In this document: positions 45,899 through 54,402 of the stretch, in pieces
How the letters are laid out: each line of letters opens with the position of its first letter
Numbering within the stretch: position 1 is the first letter of the stretch
From: a virus
Lineage: Duplodnaviria > Caudoviricetes
Length of the DNA stretch: 64,000 nucleotides
Strand: one strand, 5' to 3'
IMG/VR virus record: IMGVR_UViG_3300029258_001507
Span: 801-64,800 of that record
The notes under the pieces: model-generated
Databases searched by the model: none
What the model was told of the DNA's origin: nothing
What the model saw: only the letters and a program-made list of their open reading frames with translations
Translations under genes and position numbers: made by a program

Positions 45899-46765
45899 TT
45901 ACAAGTCCTCCTTTGGCAATATGGAATCAAATTGCTGAAGATTGCGAGTATACACTGCGTGGCATGATTCACCCAATTGTGGGTTAGCGTAAGCATCCAT
46001 CCCAGCGTCTGGCTTATCTATCCATGGTGCATACCCGGAACAATAGTGTATGATTTTCGTGTTGTCATTCGGGCAACTCCAACACGATACCTCCTTGTTG
46101 ATCACATCGGACAGCATGTTGTAAAAAACAAGATTTATAACAGGCTGGTCAGTACCACGGACGCAATGCGTATTGATTGGCTGAATGCGGGTACACATTT
46201 CATGCAGTTGATCTATCGCGTCCGACGGGATGTCATCAGGCCTAAACAACAACATGGCCGTATTGTATTGCCGCCACTGTTGTCCATGCGTGCGCCACAC
46301 CCACTCATGCAACTGTGTATTTGATGACCTGAATGGTTTACCCTCCTCTTTGAGTGTTCTGTTACATTCGTCGATCCAAAAGGTGAAGCAATGCTCTAGA
46401 GTATTTTCTTCGCGATCAGCAATGATGGTTGGCTGTCGTCGCTTGTGCAATGTGTCAAATACTGATGCAATATTTCCCTGGATAAGAATATCACAATCAA
46501 GATATAATGCCTTATCCCATTGCCTGAAGAACTGCGAGAATACATCGAACTTCTGGTAATAGCCGTCTGCTGATGTTCCTTCCAGTATGTGTATCTGCCG
46601 ACCACTAAACTCGGTAGTATCTGTTCCTTGCGGAACTATTAACGCGATATCTCCGCACCATTCACCCTCGATTCGACAATTGACCATTGCGGCTTTTGCG
46701 TGATCGAAATAGCTTGGCGATGCCGCGAATATAACCACATTATCTGATGTTCGTTGCATTCTCAA
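45899..46765 (-). CDS. Glycosyltransferase family 8-like protein
   Basis: K...F, LYLDCDIL, YN.A.LL, DQ..IN, IIHY....PW. Confidence 0.78.
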   Translation of the reverse strand: MRMQRTSDNVVIFAASPSYFDHAKAAMVNCRIEGEWCGDIALIVPQGTDTTEFSGRQIHILEGTSADGYYQKFDVFSQFFRQWDKALYLDCDILIQGNIASVFDTLHKRRQPTIIADREENTLEHCFTFWIDECNRTLKEEGKPFRSSNTQLHEWVWRTHGQQWRQYNTAMLLFRPDDIPSDAIDQLHEMCTRIQPINTHCVRGTDQPVINLVFYNMLSDVINKEVSCWSCPNDNTKIIHYCSGYAPWIDKPDAGMDAYANPQLGESCHAVYTRNLQQFDSILPKEDL

Positions 46766-47883
46766 TTCAACTCCTCTATTGCTTTATGCGCCGCCTCTAG
46801 GTCGTCGCCAGTAATGTTTGGGTCCACATACGATATCTCCCGGTTCCAGCCTTTAGGCTCTATCTCACCTACTCTCGCCTCCGCCAAGCCCCATCCGACC
46901 GTGCCACGCACTGGCTGATAATACCCCGCGCAACATGCTAGCGTATATTGTACATGTTGCCTGATAAAGTCCACTGTATCATTCAAGCTCTCTTTGGTTT
47001 CACCTGGGAAGCCCAGCAAGAACAAACAGACAACAGGAATCCCCCGTTCCCATAGCATCCTGAGCTTCCTACTTGCCTCCTCTGGCGAAAATGTCTTCCC
47101 CATGGCACGGAGCATGTCCGCATTTCCACTCTCAATGCCAAGTTGCACATGCATTGGATCGTATCGTGAAATAGCCTCTATCCGCTCTTCATCGAGCTGG
47201 CTGATGTGCGAGAAAAACGTCGTTTTCCCTGATAGCACAACCCCCCTGCGATCAGCCTCATCTAGAATAGCCGCCATATGCGACACATCCAACGCAAACA
47301 CGTCATCTACGAAAAATAGCGATTGCTTACGATACTTGCTAAGCAACATTTCGCAAATATCTACAGTCCTACTTGGTGCAAAATGCCTGATTCGCGGTTC
47401 TGTGTTATGACAGAAATTACATCGATATGGACATCCCCTGGTTGTCATTACTTCATTGTGCGAATTATTGGGATCAAGCCTAGCAAAGTCCGATGCGTTC
47501 CACGCTGGATAGTGTTGATAATCTATCTCTTCTCTCGCAAATAAATATTCCCCTGGTGAAGTAAACACTTCTATCCCAATCGCCTGTAGTTGAACTATCT
47601 CTTCTGTCGCTAGTGTGTCGCAACATTTTCCCCCTAAGACTATCCGGCCTTTATAGTGTTCCCTGATATGCCGCAACTGTTCACGCACCTCATTGTTGAA
47701 TGCAATAGCCGAGATTCCCACAACGTCGAAACCATCGTAGTTAGCATGCGCCGACAGATACTCCACTTCCACCACATGGCCGAATTGTCGCCCATAGGCA
47801 GCGAGATCCAAAATGGCTATCGGCGACCTCGGCTCATTCTGGAAGTATGGCTGCATTAACAGAACATTCATGGCGCCCACCAT
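46762..47883 (-). CDS. B12-binding radical SAM protein
   Basis: TRGCPYRCNFC, FVDD.F, GIESG, F.LGFPGET; N-terminal DVVGIS/VLGG. Confidence 0.88.
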   Translation of the reverse strand: MVGAMNVLLMQPYFQNEPRSPIAILDLAAYGRQFGHVVEVEYLSAHANYDGFDVVGISAIAFNNEVREQLRHIREHYKGRIVLGGKCCDTLATEEIVQLQAIGIEVFTSPGEYLFAREEIDYQHYPAWNASDFARLDPNNSHNEVMTTRGCPYRCNFCHNTEPRIRHFAPSRTVDICEMLLSKYRKQSLFFVDDVFALDVSHMAAILDEADRRGVVLSGKTTFFSHISQLDEERIEAISRYDPMHVQLGIESGNADMLRAMGKTFSPEEASRKLRMLWERGIPVVCLFLLGFPGETKESLNDTVDFIRQHVQYTLACCAGYYQPVRGTVGWGLAEARVGEIEPKGWNREISYVDPNITGDDLEAAHKAIEELN

Positions 47884-48773
47884 TCAATCGTTTTATTCAG
47901 GCCGTCTTCCAGCGCCACTGGCTGTTGTCGATGTGGCAGCCATTGTGTTAGTTTGTCTATACATAGAGACTGTCTCGGAATTTCGCGCAGAAGACGTGGC
48001 TTCTTCTGCACTTCTACTTCTGCCGACTTTCCCATTAGTTTACAGATCGTCCATATCATGTCCTGCACCGATAACACCTGCCCAGTTCCTACATTGAACA
48101 CTTCACCCCATGGGCTTCTGCCCATCAATGCCACCAACGTTTCCACTAGATCGTCAATGTAGATAAATTCCCGGACGAAATGCGCCGCGCCATCGGTGAT
48201 AGTTGGTTGCAATCCACTAGCTAGTTTGTTTATAGTTCGCGGGACGATTCTACTGCTGTTCCTGTCGCCTGGCCCATACACATTCACTGGCCGCACACTA
48301 AATGCTGGCACTACATAACTTTTGTGATATGTCTGGACTAAGTGACTGGCGCATGCCTTTGACGCTTCGTAAATGCTGGTAGGCATGAGTGGCTGCGTTT
48401 CCGTGTATGGTGTCGCGCCGGCTCCATAGGCCTTGTCGCTCTCAATGCATAATACACCCTTTATTCGCCCTATCTGCCTCGCTGCTTCAAGGATATTCAA
48501 TGTGCCAATGGCATTAGTGCGAAAACATCCGATAGGGTCTCTCATGCAGTTTCTGACTATCGATTTCGCGGCACAATGGTATATTTGCTCGATCTCATAA
48601 TCCGCTAACACTTCGAGCACTCTACCATATTCCGTCACGTCTCCTCGCACGAATGTCCAGCCTGCTGGCGACACCTCACGACGGGCGAGCCCGAATACCT
48701 CATGCTCGTCCGACAGTGCATCTGCAATCGCCCTCGCAATAAAACCAGATACACCGGTTACTAAGATTTGCAT
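47868..48773 (-). CDS. NAD-dependent epimerase/dehydratase (CDP-glucose 4,6-dehydratase-like)
   Basis: LVTG.SGFI, SDKAYG, YEASK, NVYGPGD. Confidence 0.9.
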   Translation of the reverse strand: MQILVTGVSGFIARAIADALSDEHEVFGLARREVSPAGWTFVRGDVTEYGRVLEVLADYEIEQIYHCAAKSIVRNCMRDPIGCFRTNAIGTLNILEAARQIGRIKGVLCIESDKAYGAGATPYTETQPLMPTSIYEASKACASHLVQTYHKSYVVPAFSVRPVNVYGPGDRNSSRIVPRTINKLASGLQPTITDGAAHFVREFIYIDDLVETLVALMGRSPWGEVFNVGTGQVLSVQDMIWTICKLMGKSAEVEVQKKPRLLREIPRQSLCIDKLTQWLPHRQQPVALEDGLNKTIEWWAP

Positions 48774-49558
48774 TGTTCACGCTCCCAGGACTCATAATCA
48801 AATTCTCCTAGAGTATCAGTCCATGCATACGGACCAAGGCCCCTGAGGAAAGCAGAAAAACGAGTGATCCCTTTACTGATATCTGATTGGTTATCAATTT
48901 GAAAGACCATCCCTGGCACAAAGCCATAACACCTGAGCCTTGGCTGTATCTGTATTAGCGCGTGATCGCTCCCCGTAGAATGCGGCATCACGTCGTTCAT
49001 CATTTCCAGGATTGTGTTGGCACTGTATCCATTAACAAGATATCCTTGGTTTGAAAACGCCCCATAGAGTCGGATTATGTGACGCACATCTGTCAACTCA
49101 TGGTCAAAGCCTAGTTCTGGATGCCACTGTCCACGATCGTCGTGAAACGTTGCCCCAAGAAAAAATATGTCCCACGGCTTATTAAAGACGTTGCATATAT
49201 AATCTAGCCGTGCCTGAAAGTCGCTACAGATCAGCGCGTCATCTTCCAACACCCCGACAATTCGACCCTCTCTCGCCTTCCCTATTACCGCAGTATGGGA
49301 CAGCCAATTACCTATAGTATCCGGAGTATGCTGCATGGCTTTGACATTATCCATGCTGCCCGTGTAGTCCTCTTTCCTGTACGCCTCGAAACGTGTCGCA
49401 GCAATCCCCGCCTTGTCCAGTTCCCCACGGATATGCGTAAGCCTGTCCGTTCTGTGCGATAGATTGATGTAATACCAATCGATTAGCTCTTTGGCAAGAC
49501 GCATAGTATATCTCCTACTTCTTCCACTCCGCAAATACAATGGTCGCTTAACATACAC
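48761..49558 (-). CDS. Glycosyltransferase family 25
   Basis: YINL..RTDR, RFEA, G..LSH, LEDD. Confidence 0.85.
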   Translation of the reverse strand: MYVKRPLYLRSGRSRRYTMRLAKELIDWYYINLSHRTDRLTHIRGELDKAGIAATRFEAYRKEDYTGSMDNVKAMQHTPDTIGNWLSHTAVIGKAREGRIVGVLEDDALICSDFQARLDYICNVFNKPWDIFFLGATFHDDRGQWHPELGFDHELTDVRHIIRLYGAFSNQGYLVNGYSANTILEMMNDVMPHSTGSDHALIQIQPRLRCYGFVPGMVFQIDNQSDISKGITRFSAFLRGLGPYAWTDTLGEFDYESWEREQCKS

Positions 49559-50378
49559 TTGCCGCCGTCATTGACTCAAACAAAATGTTTTCCCTGTATA
49601 TGGCGACAGGACTAAACATGCTATACAACTCATCAATCAGTTCGTCTTGGGTAGGTTCACCAGCATAAAGAGGCGGGTCATGCGATTCAATGTACAGATA
49701 ACGTGTCTTACTGAGGATGTGTTGCGCACCAGCAATAAATAGCCGCTGTGAACCTTGGATATCCGCCCAAATGAAATCAATGTTATCGATTTCCGGATGG
49801 TCCGCAAACCATGTGTCGAGCCGCATACATGGCACAGACACTGGCTCTTTGAATGTTATTTCTGGCGATCTCGCAAGGTGCCCTGTTGGTTCGCGCAGAC
49901 TGCCAGAGAAATCCCAATCATCCCGCCGACCCGCCTTTCCCGTCGACGCATGGAAGTCTCTTGGGCCGTCGACGTCCGCCACCGCTTCCTCGTAGAGAGT
50001 TACTCGCTCATCGGGTAGCACCGCTTGCTTGAATCGCTTGGTTGCTCGTTGTTCTGGATCAAAACAGAACAGCCGTATTCCTGGCATGTATTCCAAGAAC
50101 CGAATGGTGTCGGCGCCTTCGTGACACCCTATCTCAAGCATGATAGGTGCTTCACCTACCAAGTCCAAGATGTCTATCGCTGACAGTTCGTGGTTGTAGC
50201 GTTTCACACGTGCTCTCCTTCTTGGTCCTTGTTGAGTGGGTCGTACTCTTCTCCAGGAAACGCCGTGATGACCGGTTGGTGGCGCGTTCCCATGACGCCC
50301 TTGCCTTCGGCGCCAGTATGATCGACTAGGCTCGGCATGTGAACATGCTCTATGTAGCCCTGAGGCTTGAGGGAGCAA
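49548..50378 (-). CDS. FkbM-family methyltransferase (true start probably GTG near 50207)
   Basis: EIGCHEG, RLD, IDFIWADIQG, YL..E...LY.G. Confidence 0.85.
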   Translation of the reverse strand: MLPQASGLHRACSHAEPSRSYWRRRQGRHGNAPPTGHHGVSWRRVRPTQQGPRRRARVKRYNHELSAIDILDLVGEAPIMLEIGCHEGADTIRFLEYMPGIRLFCFDPEQRATKRFKQAVLPDERVTLYEEAVADVDGPRDFHASTGKAGRRDDWDFSGSLREPTGHLARSPEITFKEPVSVPCMRLDTWFADHPEIDNIDFIWADIQGSQRLFIAGAQHILSKTRYLYIESHDPPLYAGEPTQDELIDELYSMFSPVAIYRENILFESMTAASVC

Positions 50379-50905
50379 TACACAGCCCCATCATTGTTTT
50401 TGAAACCAGTACGCCTGTTTTTGGCCCAATCAAAGAAATAGGTCGCCGACATTAACGCCTTAAGTGAATGTTGATCGAACACCAGGGCTTGCGCACCTTT
50501 GCCATTTCTAGGCGCTGGATGCCAGCCACTGCCGCCATCTATCCGGTCGGCGTTCTCCGGATACGTGCAGAGATTCAAATAGCCCTTGTCTGGATACCAT
50601 TGCTCCAGATATTCCCGAAGATTCTGGCAACAGAGAATGTCATCCTGGAACATCGCATACCGATCACACCACGGGTTACGATAGTACAATTCCTGGATGG
50701 ACAGCATCCAGTGTCCATTCGTTTTCACCTTATATCGCCTTGCGGCAACCGGCAGCTGAAAATGATCGTACTTGCTTGGGTCCTCGCAGCCATCGACAAA
50801 TAGCGTAGGCTTATGGAATCCCGCCCTGGCTAATGATGCAATTGTCGGAGGTAATAGAGTCTCTAGCCGCTCATCCACCGTAGCTATTCCGTAGCTCCAT
50901 CGCAT
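50204..50905 (-). CDS. Putative glycosyltransferase (GT-A-like)
   Basis: FQDD, GAQAL.F, PSLVDH.G motifs. Confidence 0.6.
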   Translation of the reverse strand: MRWSYGIATVDERLETLLPPTIASLARAGFHKPTLFVDGCEDPSKYDHFQLPVAARRYKVKTNGHWMLSIQELYYRNPWCDRYAMFQDDILCCQNLREYLEQWYPDKGYLNLCTYPENADRIDGGSGWHPAPRNGKGAQALVFDQHSLKALMSATYFFDWAKNRRTGFKNNDGAVYCSLKPQGYIEHVHMPSLVDHTGAEGKGVMGTRHQPVITAFPGEEYDPLNKDQEGEHV

Positions 50906-51159
50906 AAGGTGTCGCTCCTCTTACGCGCCTTGATAATTGCTATTTGTATCAGCTTTTTGCCCACAAACCTGGCAAACGGCAATCCTCGTTGCTCCGCTGA
51001 TTCTTCCAGTACATCAATAAGGAATTCGATGTTCTTGCTACACCACTCCGGGCCTCGCTGGTCCATTAGCTTGGCGTATTTCTCGCACTGACAGCTACCC
51101 GTTGCACGAATACCAAACCGACGCAATAGGGTTTTCAGTTCTGTCCCCGTGCCAGCCAT
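50884..51159 (-). CDS. Hypothetical protein
   Basis: G.GTEL..LL...GI.....C.C.....MD..G..WC motif. Confidence 0.6.
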   Translation of the reverse strand: MAGTGTELKTLLRRFGIRATGSCQCEKYAKLMDQRGPEWCSKNIEFLIDVLEESAEQRGLPFARFVGKKLIQIAIIKARKRSDTLCDGATE

Positions 51160-51160
51160 G

Positions 51161-52531
51161 CTATTTGATTCGGATGATTCTGTTCACAACAATGAATTTC
51201 TGGCGATTGTCGGAATCAAAGCCACCATTGTACAGCCCCAAGTGTGGACTGCTTTCTCCGTGGCCCAAGCTTCCAGTGTGCTCAAATGTGTCTGTCAATG
51301 CGGTCCCTGCGTGCGCAGCATGCCCGAGCCCAACGCCTGTGCCAGGCCCGTCTACGTGCGTGGAATGCGAAAACAACCCGGCATCGCTTGTACCTGCGCC
51401 AATAGCTGTTGCGCCGCTCGATTCATCGGGCGCCGGCCAAACCTCGCTTGCCCCTAGCTGTATGCTGTGCCTATGATTGTCCGGGTCCTCGTAGGATGTG
51501 TATCCAGTAGTATCACCAGCAACACCAGACGCCCCTCCAACGGCATCGATTGCCGATTCCACGCTAAGTGGATGATGGTCGTGGTCTGGATGGTCATCAT
51601 GATCTGCTATAGTGTGTGCGTCGTGCGTATCTAGCGTGTGTGTGCCATGAGCAGTTACCGTGTGGGCTGGTTGCGCCGTGTGTGCTGGGTGTCCATTTTC
51701 GCTTGCGCCATGCCAGGTAAACCCATCAATATTCCCAACCGTCTGCTCGTTGGTTTCTCCTGCTGCATCAAGCTGTATCGTTGTCCTGCCAGTACCGGCC
51801 GAATATACTTCCCATCCAGTGGGGATTTTCCCTGGGTAACTTACAGACCCATATTCCATAATCTGGCCTATGAATGACCATAGATATGGAGTCTGGCATA
51901 TCTTGTTCCCCTCGGCATCCACCTTGTACGAAATGATATCATCTTCGTATACCGATGGGTCCAGTCCGATTCCTTCGGCCCGCTTCCTTGGCAGATAGAC
52001 CGCAAATGGTGTTTCTCCAGGGTCTTCGACAACGCCACACCTGGACGCATGCCGCACCATCACGTAGGGATCGTCGCACGTCGTGCCGGTTCCCTCTTGC
52101 CAATCAGCGGTAGCCACGCACCAAATCAGATCGGTATTTGTGTTCGTTGATGGAGGAGGCACAACCCATCGTCCATTGGGCTGCTTGAAAATGATAATCC
52201 ACTCTTGCGGAATCACACTGGTCGAGAAATTGAAGACCTCCTTGTCTTCGATGTCGATTGCCTCAACAACGGCAGTGCCCGTCAGGTCTTTGTAGACCCG
52301 GTAGATGTCGCAATCGCCTGAGCCAGGTTCATCGTCGTCCGGCCCAGCTCCATGCGAGGTCAACGCTGGAATGCCCGCCGATGACGTTGGCCACCCGATA
52401 TACGTGCCGACCGAAGCAGGCGGATTGATGGTATTGACGGGGAATGGCGTCCTCGCCTTGTCCTTCTGCTCTCGCAACACTTGCTGCAGGCGTTTTATGT
52501 CGTTTGCGCTTAGGACCGGGATTTTCCCCAT
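51161..52531 (-). CDS. Tail tip/fibre-like protein with His-rich segment
   Basis: Collar-like IG.I.......IP.GW and terminal V..IIRIK; His repeats; follows the tail genes. Confidence 0.6.
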   Translation of the reverse strand: MGKIPVLSANDIKRLQQVLREQKDKARTPFPVNTINPPASVGTYIGWPTSSAGIPALTSHGAGPDDDEPGSGDCDIYRVYKDLTGTAVVEAIDIEDKEVFNFSTSVIPQEWIIIFKQPNGRWVVPPPSTNTNTDLIWCVATADWQEGTGTTCDDPYVMVRHASRCGVVEDPGETPFAVYLPRKRAEGIGLDPSVYEDDIISYKVDAEGNKICQTPYLWSFIGQIMEYGSVSYPGKIPTGWEVYSAGTGRTTIQLDAAGETNEQTVGNIDGFTWHGASENGHPAHTAQPAHTVTAHGTHTLDTHDAHTIADHDDHPDHDHHPLSVESAIDAVGGASGVAGDTTGYTSYEDPDNHRHSIQLGASEVWPAPDESSGATAIGAGTSDAGLFSHSTHVDGPGTGVGLGHAAHAGTALTDTFEHTGSLGHGESSPHLGLYNGGFDSDNRQKFIVVNRIIRIK

Positions 52532-52535
52532 CGCG

Positions 52536-53021
52536 TCACCTCGGCAACACTACCAGGTGAAATCGCGTTGACCCACTCCGACACCGAATCCAATATTCCG
52601 CATCTTCCACTGGCGTGAACCTCACGGATTCGCCCGGGTGGATTTCCATCAGCGGAATACTCTCGCAGCTAAGCTCAAGGACACTCGCCGCCTGCTCCTC
52701 TTTCTCTTCTTCAGAGAGGTTCCGTTGCGCACGAGGAATGATACTACGTATCAAAATTTGCGAGATAGAGGTCAAGTCGCCAAGACCTAGGCGTTGTGGC
52801 GATTCCGACACTTTCAATCGCCGCTCATAGCACGATTCTTCTGTATTTACGGGCACGCTATAGCGTGAATCGTACTGAAGTGGTGTTTCCCCGGGCTCCC
52901 GGTAGTAGACCGATTCCACGACGGTCACACGGCCTAGTGTGTCTGCGTCTTGGCACGCCGCAGGCGGTATTCCATCGTACACCACTTCCGCCTCTTCGGA
53001 CGTTGTTACGTCTTCACCCAT
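52536..53021 (-). CDS. Putative tail/virion protein
   Basis: Position in the tail operon; beta-rich; GAGGAG RBS. Confidence 0.5.
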   Translation of the reverse strand: MGEDVTTSEEAEVVYDGIPPAACQDADTLGRVTVVESVYYREPGETPLQYDSRYSVPVNTEESCYERRLKVSESPQRLGLGDLTSISQILIRSIIPRAQRNLSEEEKEEQAASVLELSCESIPLMEIHPGESVRFTPVEDAEYWIRCRSGSTRFHLVVLPR

Positions 53022-53045
53022 TGTCGCTCCTCAATTGGTTAGACT

Positions 53046-53453
53046 TCATCTTTCAAACGCATTAACGATTACGTCACATGCAGCGGTATCCGCAACGAAT
53101 CGCAATGACCGTGCCCCGGATGTTCCAGGCGGATCATCGAGAATTCTCGACAGCCTAAATACAGCAACCTCTCCAGCCAGCAATTCCCCTAACGGATAAA
53201 AATCCAAGCTGTCCGGACTGTAGATACCATAGGTGACGTAGTTCGTTGCGTCAAGGTTCTGGAGTTGGCAGAACCCCAATGTATCTATCTCTGACAGGTC
53301 AATATCGGTGCCGCTAGTAGACACCTCCACCGCGCCTGGTGACGGTCCCTTGGTGCCGGTCATATCCGCAGAAAAGGACGTCGGCGTATTGCGAAACTGT
53401 TGATTGCCGTTATTGATATTGAGGCTTGTCGTAACTTTGATTTCATTCGCCAT
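53046..53453 (-). CDS. Putative virion structural protein
   Basis: MANEI start, NLD.TNYV, L.AGE.A.F, A.TA.C motifs. Confidence 0.6.
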   Translation of the reverse strand: MANEIKVTTSLNINNGNQQFRNTPTSFSADMTGTKGPSPGAVEVSTSGTDIDLSEIDTLGFCQLQNLDATNYVTYGIYSPDSLDFYPLGELLAGEVAVFRLSRILDDPPGTSGARSLRFVADTAACDVIVNAFER

Positions 53454-53474
53454 GGCGTTCGCCTTGCCTTGTCG

Positions 53475-54389
53475 TCACAGTGTCGTTGGAATCCCGAGCA
53501 ACGTGAAGTCCGATTCGTCGTAATGCTCGAAATCGTTGAATACCTCAGGCAGCCCTGGATTTAAGAAGATACCATTGCCATCGAGAGGGAACGGTACCGG
53601 CGACGTCGGCATGTTGTCTACGTTGTCTAGGATGTTTATGAAATCCTTGACATTGTTAGGGTTCGCACCAACCTTCAGAGCGTTGACTTCACGGAATCCC
53701 TCGTCCCGCAAATGCAAATCAAACGTATTCGAGTTGATTTCAAAGTCAAACGTCCGCGTATAGTAGTAGGTGCAAACACCTAATACCCTGCGTTCCCATG
53801 ACAATTCCGAGAGCTTGATGGTGCGTGCTGGCATGCCCCACAATACATCGTCATTGACTGTGTTGACTTGCTCGGAAAATAGGTCCAATTGCAAGTCGGC
53901 CACGTTCTGTTGAATCCGCACTACAGGCCGCACTTCATCTTTCTGCCTCTGGTTCTCTGGATACAGATCAAAGCTACTCGCCTCGATCCGGTCGCCGTTT
54001 CTGTCGACTTCAGCAACGGTTTTCTCTCGCACGTAGCTCCCGCTTACTCTCTGTGGCTCTAATAGCGGGTCTTCTACTGTGGTGTCTTGGCACCGTTCCC
54101 AAGGAATCGTGCTGTGCGTAAGCTCCACGGACCAGTGTACGTGATTCTCGCCCTTGCGTGCCTTGTACCTGCGCACGCGCATATTGGGGCGACAAATCGC
54201 CCAAAAATCCACCTCGTTGCCGAAATTCCAAAACGAGCCTATCGCGGGTAGCCCGGCGGTTTCCATCACGGTTCCTGGCCCGTCGCCATAATCCGTCGTC
54301 TCGACCTTATGCAGCGAGGTGTAGGTTCTGTGCCCCTCACCGTCACGGTCAAGGCTCCAGTCGAGCAGGTCTACGTAAATGGCTGACAC
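53475..54389 (-). CDS. Distal tail/hub-like protein
   Basis: Immediately after the tape measure gene; VN.VN...WG....T.K, P..LDG.G, Y...DF..L. Confidence 0.55.
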   Translation of the reverse strand: MSAIYVDLLDWSLDRDGEGHRTYTSLHKVETTDYGDGPGTVMETAGLPAIGSFWNFGNEVDFWAICRPNMRVRRYKARKGENHVHWSVELTHSTIPWERCQDTTVEDPLLEPQRVSGSYVREKTVAEVDRNGDRIEASSFDLYPENQRQKDEVRPVVRIQQNVADLQLDLFSEQVNTVNDDVLWGMPARTIKLSELSWERRVLGVCTYYYTRTFDFEINSNTFDLHLRDEGFREVNALKVGANPNNVKDFINILDNVDNMPTSPVPFPLDGNGIFLNPGLPEVFNDFEHYDESDFTLLGIPTTL

Positions 54390-54402
54390 TGTGTTTGCTC
54401 CG

